This document shows, in pieces, positions 8,385 through 15,041 of a stretch of DNA of 18,399 nucleotides; position 1 is the stretch's first letter, and each line of letters opens with the position of its first letter. The DNA comes from a virus, in the UHGV virus genome UHGV-0207498; one strand, written 5' to 3'. A program made the translations under genes and the position numbers. The notes below the pieces were generated by a model. The model had not been told where the DNA came from and ran no database searches. It was given only the letters and a program-made list of their open reading frames with translations.

Positions 8385-9954
8385 ATATCGTGCATGGATA
8401 TCCGCCCTTACTCCCTTAAATTTTGCTAATGAAAAATCTATTGAACAAATAGTATATGAACTAATACCACTAGCTTTAGAAATAAAAGAAAAGCAAGATA
8501 CATATCCAAACTCTTTTAATGAATTTTTAGTAGATTTAGGTAAGAAACTTGCGGTAATTATTACATCAATTAGTGACAACATTGAAATGTTTACTACTTT
8601 AGTTGATAGTATTAGATTAAAGATTAACAATAAAGAAAGTGCTATTACTAATGATGTAACTAGTGGTTTTAATGCTATGCTTAATTTAATTAGTAATTTT
8701 GGTGATACTTATTTTACTAAACATCCAGAAGTATTTAATAATGGAATAAATAAAGTAAATTTTGATATTACAAATTTTAATAGTTGCTATCATAAATTTG
8801 CGGGTGTATCTAATAAGGCAGAACTTAGGACAGATAAATTTTTAGGATTATTTAATAAAGATGTATCATACGGTGTAAAAACAACAAAATATTGGTATAA
8901 TTTAGATGATAAACAAATATATTATGGCGATAATATTGCTACGTACAATGATTATGGTTTACAACTAGGTATGGTACAAAAATGTGATAATAAATTAATA
9001 TATCATGATGTGGAAATTAGTTTAGGAGATAACTTATTTCCTCACACAGAAAATGGATATTTTATTGGTTTTCCTGATGTTAATACCGCTTGTTATTTTG
9101 CAAAAACAATAAGTGATACTGAAACTAAATATGCTTTAAAAATGATTAATTTATCTACTAAAGAGATAACTACATATGATAATTTAGTAATGCCGTCTAA
9201 TTTTAAAGATATGTATTTACTTAATAATAGCCACTATCTAATTAAAAAATTTAATAATTATTATTATATGTTATATTGTACTGAGGGTGGTAATGTTGCA
9301 TATATTGCTAAGTCAAATGATTTAATTAATTGGGGTAGTGTTGGCACTTTAGCAGTAGGGTCCGAATGTACTTTAAAAGTAATAAAGAATAGTCTTTATT
9401 TTGTTAGTATTTCAAATGGAACATGGCTATTTAATGAAACTGATAATAGTTTTACTAGATTAAAGGTAAATAATTATGATTTTTTAGCAATGGGTGAAGT
9501 TGATGAAAAATACTGTGGTGTATTTTTAAATGGTAATTATCGAAATGCTTTTTTATCTACTTCTAATGATTTTACTGAAAATATTGAATTAGGTAACTCA
9601 AGTTATGACGCTATTTCTCTAGAATTTGCAAACGTAGGTGATAAATTCTATATTATTACTGGTGTAGCTAGTAATTTTCTAAGATTTAGTTCTTCTTATA
9701 TTCAATTGGGAGCATATGATTATAACTATCGAAGTTTTTATGATTTATCTACATCGCAAAAATGTATATTTTATACAGATAAAATGCTTATAACAGGTGA
9801 AGGTTATAACGAAATTTATGGTCAACATATACCAGAGCCTATACATCTAACTAATTATGGCGATTTTGTAATAAATGAAAATGGAGATATTTATAGTGAT
9901 TTTAATTTACAAAAAGTGTCTTTCAAACATGAGTGGAGAAGTATTGGAACATGA
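8377..9954 (+). CDS. Putative tail fibre / receptor-binding protein
   Basis: SD GAGGCGGTG before ATG 8377; helical N-terminus, then an aromatic beta-rich region with an Asp-box-like SNDLINW (possible beta-propeller); occupies the gp12 position. Confidence 0.6.
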   Translation: MDKYRAWISALTPLNFANEKSIEQIVYELIPLALEIKEKQDTYPNSFNEFLVDLGKKLAVIITSISDNIEMFTTLVDSIRLKINNKESAITNDVTSGFNAMLNLISNFGDTYFTKHPEVFNNGINKVNFDITNFNSCYHKFAGVSNKAELRTDKFLGLFNKDVSYGVKTTKYWYNLDDKQIYYGDNIATYNDYGLQLGMVQKCDNKLIYHDVEISLGDNLFPHTENGYFIGFPDVNTACYFAKTISDTETKYALKMINLSTKEITTYDNLVMPSNFKDMYLLNNSHYLIKKFNNYYYMLYCTEGGNVAYIAKSNDLINWGSVGTLAVGSECTLKVIKNSLYFVSISNGTWLFNETDNSFTRLKVNNYDFLAMGEVDEKYCGVFLNGNYRNAFLSTSNDFTENIELGNSSYDAISLEFANVGDKFYIITGVASNFLRFSSSYIQLGAYDYNYRSFYDLSTSQKCIFYTDKMLITGEGYNEIYGQHIPEPIHLTNYGDFVINENGDIYSDFNLQKVSFKHEWRSIGT

Positions 9955-10259
9955 AATTTGAAAATTTAAAAAATTGGTATTGGTTTTTGGGTCTAATTGT
10001 TGCTATATTTATATTTATAGTAACTAATACATGGAAACTTGCTAAATACCATGAAACATTAGAAAAATCATATGAAGAATTACTTAATATAACTAATATA
10101 AATAAACAAATGTCTCTAAAGGGTGTTATCTGGAACGATACTATCCCTTTAGGAGAACGTCTAAGTGCTTGCGATACTTATATTGAAAGTGGATATAACA
10201 GTTTAACTAAAAAGCACTGTAAACAAGCTCTAAAAAACTACTCAGACAAAAACATCTAA
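9951..10259 (+). CDS. Membrane protein of the lysis module (single N-terminal TM)
   Basis: ATGA overlap with the upstream stop; TM segment WYWFLGLIVAIFIFIV. Confidence 0.7.
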   Translation: MKFENLKNWYWFLGLIVAIFIFIVTNTWKLAKYHETLEKSYEELLNITNINKQMSLKGVIWNDTIPLGERLSACDTYIESGYNSLTKKHCKQALKNYSDKNI

Positions 10260-10313
10260 TTTTGTCGGAGTTTAAAAGTTAAACGTCAAAATGACGGGAA
10301 AGGATAAGAAATT

Positions 10314-10481
10314 ATGAGAAAAGCATGGGATGATGTAAAAAGTTTTGTCACAATTATTATGACAATTGGTTTAATACTTTTACTATTTATACCTAATTTA
10401 AATCCACCGACTGAAATAGTGGCTTTATATTGTACTTCATATGGAGCTATTATTACATATTTTTTTACAAGAAAGGAGTAA
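10314..10481 (+). CDS. Holin (55 aa, two TM segments); absent from the ORF track
   Basis: Hand translation MRKAWDDVKSFVTIIMTIGLILLLFIPNLNPPTEIVALYCTSYGAIITYFFTRKE*; SD GAAAGGA; immediately upstream of the endolysin. Confidence 0.85.
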   Translation: MRKAWDDVKSFVTIIMTIGLILLLFIPNLNPPTEIVALYCTSYGAIITYFFTRKE

Positions 10482-10486
10482 TAAAA

Positions 10487-11299
10487 ATGTATGCTAGATA
10501 TTTTGCTAAAACAATGAGTATATCACAAAGTTATAAAGAGGGTAACCATAAAAAACATATGCCCGAAGATTATCCAATAGATGAGACATACTTTAGCCAA
10601 AATGGAACATTTTACGCTCCTTTTAACTGTAAAATAGTAAAAAGATATTCTTCTAAGTCTAATCAAATATGGATAACTAGTGATAGCGAAGTAGAAACCC
10701 CTAGTGGGAACTCTTTCGTAACTATTTTAATAGGACATATCTCACCAGCTGAATATAAAACTTTAACAATAGGTAAAGAATTTAAACAGGGAGATGCCAT
10801 ATGCCATGAATATAAAGATAAACTTTCTACTGGACCACATAACCATGTCACGTGTGGAGCTGGAAAAATTAAAGGTGCTGGTTGGCTAAAAAATAAAAAT
10901 GGTGTATGGTGTATAAATACCACTGGTGGCGCTAAAAAGCCAGAAGAACTATTATTTGTAGATGATTTTACAACTATTAAAGAAAGTGCAGGAATAAATT
11001 GGAAAAAGTATGAAAGTAAGCCGGAAAAAAATTACACTTACTACACTACTTTAGATGATTTATATATTAATAAAGAACCTAAAGTAGGTACGCCAGTAAA
11101 AGTGAAAGACTGTTACCCAGCTATGCGTAGTGCACTAAAATATAAATTACCTAGTAAAGATGCTGTAATAAAGAAAGGTACTACAATTACTTGTCTAGAA
11201 CTAATTACATCAGGTAAATATATTTGGATAAAGAATTTTAATGGTTATATTTGCCTTAAAGGGGCAAGTGGTAAATATTATTGTAAGGAGTATAAATAA
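10487..11299 (+). CDS. Endolysin candidate: M23-like peptidase with a C-terminal cell-wall-binding (SH3-like) domain
   Basis: SD AAGGAG fixes ATG 10487; H...D motif (HMPEDYPID) and HxH motif (GPHNH); follows the holin. Confidence 0.75.
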   Translation: MYARYFAKTMSISQSYKEGNHKKHMPEDYPIDETYFSQNGTFYAPFNCKIVKRYSSKSNQIWITSDSEVETPSGNSFVTILIGHISPAEYKTLTIGKEFKQGDAICHEYKDKLSTGPHNHVTCGAGKIKGAGWLKNKNGVWCINTTGGAKKPEELLFVDDFTTIKESAGINWKKYESKPEKNYTYYTTLDDLYINKEPKVGTPVKVKDCYPAMRSALKYKLPSKDAVIKKGTTITCLELITSGKYIWIKNFNGYICLKGASGKYYCKEYK

Positions 11300-11937
11300 T
11301 GACACCGAACCAAAAAATGAAAGGTGAAAACGGGTTAGAAAATGCCTTATTTCCACTTAAACATTTATATATAACTAATAATGAAGCTGGACATAAAAAG
11401 GGAAGTATGGCAATAGATATTGTAGAATGGTCTACTAGTGGACAAGTCTTGAAAGCCCCATTATATGCACCTGTATCGTGCAAAGTTGTTGAGGTCGGAA
11501 GTATTACAACAGATACTCCTCATGTAACATGGGAAAGCCTAGATAAAGTAAATTTTATTGACGGAAGTGTTGATTATATGACCATTTCTCTATCTCATGA
11601 TGATAATTTTGATACATATAAAATTGGTGATACAGTTTCTCAAGGTGAAATTTTTGGACATACTGGTACAAGAACAGCATCTATTGTAGGTATGGGTGAC
11701 CATTGTCACTTAATAATTGGCAAAGGTAAATTTACAAAATATACTAAAATTCAAGAAGCTTATACTTTAGAAAATCAATATCATAGTTATCTTGCTTTAG
11801 GCGTTAATGATACCATTATAAATAAAACAGGTGGCTATACATGGCTAGAATTTACACCATACATACCACCTGAACCAACTAAAAAAGATGATTTTATTGT
11901 TCTTTCAATAGTTGGAGCATTGAAATGGAGTGTGTAA
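11299..11937 (+). CDS. Second M23-like peptidase, probably virion tail-associated (analogous to the phi29 gp13 peptidase domain)
   Basis: HKKGSMAID and GDHCH motifs, LYAP and GEIFGHTG; Pro-rich linker and short hydrophobic C-terminus. Confidence 0.7.
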   Translation: MTPNQKMKGENGLENALFPLKHLYITNNEAGHKKGSMAIDIVEWSTSGQVLKAPLYAPVSCKVVEVGSITTDTPHVTWESLDKVNFIDGSVDYMTISLSHDDNFDTYKIGDTVSQGEIFGHTGTRTASIVGMGDHCHLIIGKGKFTKYTKIQEAYTLENQYHSYLALGVNDTIINKTGGYTWLEFTPYIPPEPTKKDDFIVLSIVGALKWSV

Positions 11938-11939
11938 GT

Positions 11940-12929
11940 ATGGATAATATATATTATAGTATTTATAAATTACTTTCATATGATTATTTATGGAATATGG
12001 TAATTGGTGAACGTGGTAATGGCAAAACTTACGGTGTTAAGAAAATGTTTATCAATAATTTTATTAAGCATAATAGACAATTTGTATGGATAAGAAGATA
12101 TGAAACTGAATTTGATGATTTTGAAGAATTTTTCTCTGATATAATTAAAAATAATGAATTCCCAGACCATGAATTGACAGTTAAAGGCAAAAAATTATAT
12201 TGTGATAAAAAATTAATGGGTTTTGGTATTCCTTTATCCAAAGGTATTACTAAAAAGAGTGTTAACTATTCTGGTGTTACAGATATTTGTTTCGATGAAT
12301 TTTTAATACCAAAAGGAAGTAATTATCATTATCTTAATAATGAAGTATTTCGTCTTTTTGACCTTTACGAAACAATTGCAAGATTAAGACGTGTAAAAGT
12401 TTATATGCTTGCTAACTCTATTTCTCAAAATAATCCTTATTTTAGAGAATTTAATATTAAGTTAAAGGGTCAATTTAATAAAATTAATAAACAATTAATT
12501 GTAGAAGTAACTAACACAGAAGAGTATCGTGAGGTAAAAAAGATGAGTGATTTTGCTGAACTTGTTAAAGGAACTGGTTATGATAAATATGCAATTGATA
12601 ATGAATTTATTGAAGATAATTATAATTTTATTGCTAAGAAAAGTGAGACCTCAATTAATCGTTTTAATATAAAATTTGATAAAGTTATTTTAGGTATTTG
12701 GGTTGATGCGAAAGAGGGTAAACTATATGTATCAAGAAAATATAACCCTGAGGCTCCAATGTACTGTATAACAGTTGACCATTTACAGCCTAATTATTTA
12801 ATTCTTAAAAGTAATAGTCACTATATGGATATGCTTAAAAATGCTTATACATATGGATTTATCTATTATGAAGATATTAAACTAAAAGGCTATATGGAAA
12901 ATGTACAAAAATACTTGAATATTAAATAA
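11940..12929 (+). CDS. DNA packaging ATPase (phi29 gp16-like)
   Basis: Walker A GERGNGKT, Walker B ICFDEF, WIRRY and LANS...NPYF motifs; SD GGAG before ATG 11940. Confidence 0.95.
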   Translation: MDNIYYSIYKLLSYDYLWNMVIGERGNGKTYGVKKMFINNFIKHNRQFVWIRRYETEFDDFEEFFSDIIKNNEFPDHELTVKGKKLYCDKKLMGFGIPLSKGITKKSVNYSGVTDICFDEFLIPKGSNYHYLNNEVFRLFDLYETIARLRRVKVYMLANSISQNNPYFREFNIKLKGQFNKINKQLIVEVTNTEEYREVKKMSDFAELVKGTGYDKYAIDNEFIEDNYNFIAKKSETSINRFNIKFDKVILGIWVDAKEGKLYVSRKYNPEAPMYCITVDHLQPNYLILKSNSHYMDMLKNAYTYGFIYYEDIKLKGYMENVQKYLNIK

Positions 12930-12943
12930 TTTTGTGATATATT
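12915..12943 (+). promoter_or_regulatory. Putative promoter for the intergenic structured RNA
   Basis: TTGAAT(12915-12920)-17 bp-TATATT(12938-12943) with extended -10 TG; a TATAAT also lies at 12943-12948. Confidence 0.55.
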
Positions 12944-12949
12944 ATAATT

Positions 12950-13190
12950 GTAATATTTTATATATTACACATGTAAATTTCTGTTTTTCTATTCGTAAAT
13001 AGCATCAAAATAGCTGGGCACCCCCCTTGCTAATACTGTATTTCGTAGCAACCTAAATTTCTTTTGTGTTATGCTATTTATAGAAAAGAAAAGCCTCCTA
13101 AGTTAAGGTAGCCACTCCTAAAAACCTTGCGAATGTGATAAAAAACTCATCTCATTTATACGGCTACCTTAGTTTAGGGGGCTTTTTTAT
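12950..13190 (+). ncRNA. Putative ~240-nt two-domain structured RNA of unknown class
   Basis: 17-bp helix with a 4-nt bulge (12985-13005/13071-13087); 25-bp helix (13089-13113/13162-13186) with three G-U pairs; ends in a U-tract; no ORF of 60 aa or more. Confidence 0.65.
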
Positions 13191-13191
13191 T

Positions 13192-13220
13192 TTGCAATAT
13201 ATCCATACATATGTTATAAT
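13192..13220 (+). promoter_or_regulatory. Sigma-A-type promoter upstream of the replication operon
   Basis: TTGCAA(13192-13197)-17 bp-TATAAT(13215-13220) with TG; same -35 and ATATGTTATAAT block as the left-end promoter. Confidence 0.85.
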
Positions 13221-13263
13221 TAAAGAGGGTGAAGAGCCCCTAATTTCTTTTTTCTTTCGACCG

Positions 13264-13305
13264 AACCTTAAGAAATCTTAAGAAACCTTAAGAAATCTTA
13301 AGGTT
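13264..13305. repeat. Four 10-bp tandem units AA(C/T)CTTAAG(A/G), self-complementary overall
   Basis: CTTAAG at 13267, 13277, 13287 and 13297. Confidence 0.95.
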
Positions 13306-13358
13306 ATTTTAGTTAAAATGTGGCTTTATTTTATATATTTTAGTGGTATTATTAAATC

Positions 13359-13436
13359 ACAAGCCAACAATAACACAAGTTATAGGGTGGTTTTGGTTAA
13401 GTTGGCTTGTAATATTAATTAATATTTAACACCCTA
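13359..13436 (+). promoter_or_regulatory. Structured 5' leader of the SSB gene (possible pseudoknot)
   Basis: ACAAGCCAAC/GTTGGCTTGT 10-bp stem; loop TAGGGTG(13383-13389) is complementary to CACCCTA(13430-13436). Confidence 0.5.
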
Positions 13437-13460
13437 AATATGAAAGAAAGGAGAAAAGTT

Positions 13461-13874
13461 ATGAATAATTTAACACTAGTTGATGAACTACAAGAAAGTT
13501 CTAAGCAAATGTATTGTTCACTTGTAATCAAGACCGAAGAAGATAAAAAAATGCTTTATAATCTTTTAGGTAATTGTGATTTTAGAGTTGCTGATAAGTT
13601 AGATACTGAAATTGCTCTTAAAGATGTTTTAATTCAAAAATTTACTAATGTTGATGATGAAACTGGTGCAATTGAAGAAAAATATCGTGTTATCTTAATT
13701 GATAAAGATAATAAAACTTATGCAAGTGGTTCTAAAGGACTTTACAGAAGTTTAGGACAACTTCTAGCAATTATGGGCGAACCTAGTACTTGGAGTGAAC
13801 CTATAAAAATTAAAGTTGTTGAAACAAATTTAAGAAATAATGCTGGTAAAACTTACGTTATTAAAACTATTTAA
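13461..13874 (+). CDS. Single-stranded DNA-binding protein (phi29 gp5-like)
   Basis: VDDETGAI, RVILIDKDNKTYASGSKG..SL..L..IMGEP..W..PIKIKV pattern; SD AAGGAG before ATG 13461. Confidence 0.88.
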   Translation: MNNLTLVDELQESSKQMYCSLVIKTEEDKKMLYNLLGNCDFRVADKLDTEIALKDVLIQKFTNVDDETGAIEEKYRVILIDKDNKTYASGSKGLYRSLGQLLAIMGEPSTWSEPIKIKVVETNLRNNAGKTYVIKTI

Positions 13875-13903
13875 GGTTTTAAAACAAACCTGTACACACG
13901 AAT

Positions 13904-13946
13904 AATGAGGGGTAAATTTAAAATTTAACCCTCATTTTTACTTTTA
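13904..13946 (+). terminator. Intrinsic terminator between the SSB and terminal-protein genes
   Basis: AATGAGGG-g-TAAATT/AATTTA-a-CCCTCATT hairpin followed by TTTACTTTT. Confidence 0.7.
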
Positions 13947-13961
13947 TGAAAGGGTAATATT

Positions 13962-15041
13962 ATGGCTTTAAGAATAACAAAAAATGAAAAGAAGTGGCTG
14001 TATAGCCATAATGCTAGTGCTACTAGAAAGAAAAGCAGGTTGAAAGAAACATTTAATATTAATGCAAAATTTAAAGTAAAAAAGCCTAGTGAATTTACTT
14101 CACGTGCTGAACTTAATACTTATAAAAGAAATTTAAAAGTGTTTTTACTTAGGAATACCCATGCTTATGTAAAAGGTGGCGTTGTTAGTAGATACTTTTC
14201 TGAAAAAGGTATTGAAGTGCCTTTTGCCATACCAAAAAGTGAATATGTAGAAATACAACGTATTTTAAAAAGAAGAAATATAAGAACCCGTAGACAAGCA
14301 AGACTTTTTAAAAAAGCTCAATATTCTGTTAAAGGAAAACCACAAGCTACTAAGCTTGCAACACGTGTAATAGGTTCATATATTCCTCAAGGTAAATTAG
14401 TCTATAACTATTCTAGCTATCGACCCTTAAAACTAAGACCAGAATACATTACCTCTAAGGGAACCTGGGCTAAATTTAGTTATGCCGTTAAAAAATACCA
14501 AAGTGCACGTTCACTTTATGAAAAACAAAAACAAATGCAAAAAAATTATATTAAGGCACTTCAAAATACTTTTGGACGTTCATCCGATGCCTTAGTTGAA
14601 CTAATATCTAAATTATCGGTAGATGAGTTTGTTACTTATTTTGAAAGTGAAGAATTTTCCGATTTTACATATATTTATGATGAAGTTGAGGCACTAAATG
14701 TAGTAAGGTATATGACAGAGCATATGATAAATTTTGCAAGAGATGTAAAACCTGTAAATATTACAGATGAAGATGTTCTTGAGGCACGGGATTATTATCA
14801 AGGACTAAGTGAAACATCTATTGTATATGATTATGGTAGAGGGGAACTAAAGGGTGAAAGAATATATATTGATAATAATCATTATATTGACCTAGACCCA
14901 AACGAAGTAGTTCAATATCACTTAGGTGCTTTAAATAATGAAGTATTTAATAATAGTCCATTTTATGCTGATAGAATACATTATCAAAAGCGAAAGGAAA
15001 GAATACAACATGGACCAACAAAAATCGAAGATTTGCTCTAA
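13962..15041 (+). CDS. Terminal protein (primer protein) candidate
   Basis: Directly upstream of and overlapping polB; very basic N-terminal two thirds; NYIKAL..TFG and an acidic putative priming region. Assigned by synteny and charge profile. Confidence 0.8.
   Translation: MALRITKNEKKWLYSHNASATRKKSRLKETFNINAKFKVKKPSEFTSRAELNTYKRNLKVFLLRNTHAYVKGGVVSRYFSEKGIEVPFAIPKSEYVEIQRILKRRNIRTRRQARLFKKAQYSVKGKPQATKLATRVIGSYIPQGKLVYNYSSYRPLKLRPEYITSKGTWAKFSYAVKKYQSARSLYEKQKQMQKNYIKALQNTFGRSSDALVELISKLSVDEFVTYFESEEFSDFTYIYDEVEALNVVRYMTEHMINFARDVKPVNITDEDVLEARDYYQGLSETSIVYDYGRGELKGERIYIDNNHYIDLDPNEVVQYHLGALNNEVFNNSPFYADRIHYQKRKERIQHGPTKIEDLL

Noticed and set aside
12950..13190. Assigning this RNA as the pRNA, a tRNA or a retron msr-msd
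   Set aside because: It lacks the pRNA three-way junction seen at 16738 and has no cloverleaf or TTCRA arm, and the genome encodes no reverse transcriptase.
13359..13436. Self-cleaving ribozyme (hammerhead, twister or pistol)
   Set aside because: I could not find their conserved cores, for example the hammerhead CUGANGA/GAAA pair.
2530..14938. ORF-track upstream starts (2530, 6857, 7704, 8371, 9933, 10430, 11925, 13440, 14938)
   Set aside because: SD placement or stop/start overlap favours downstream ATGs at 2554, 6989, 7746, 8377, 9951, 10487, 11940, 13461 and 15010.
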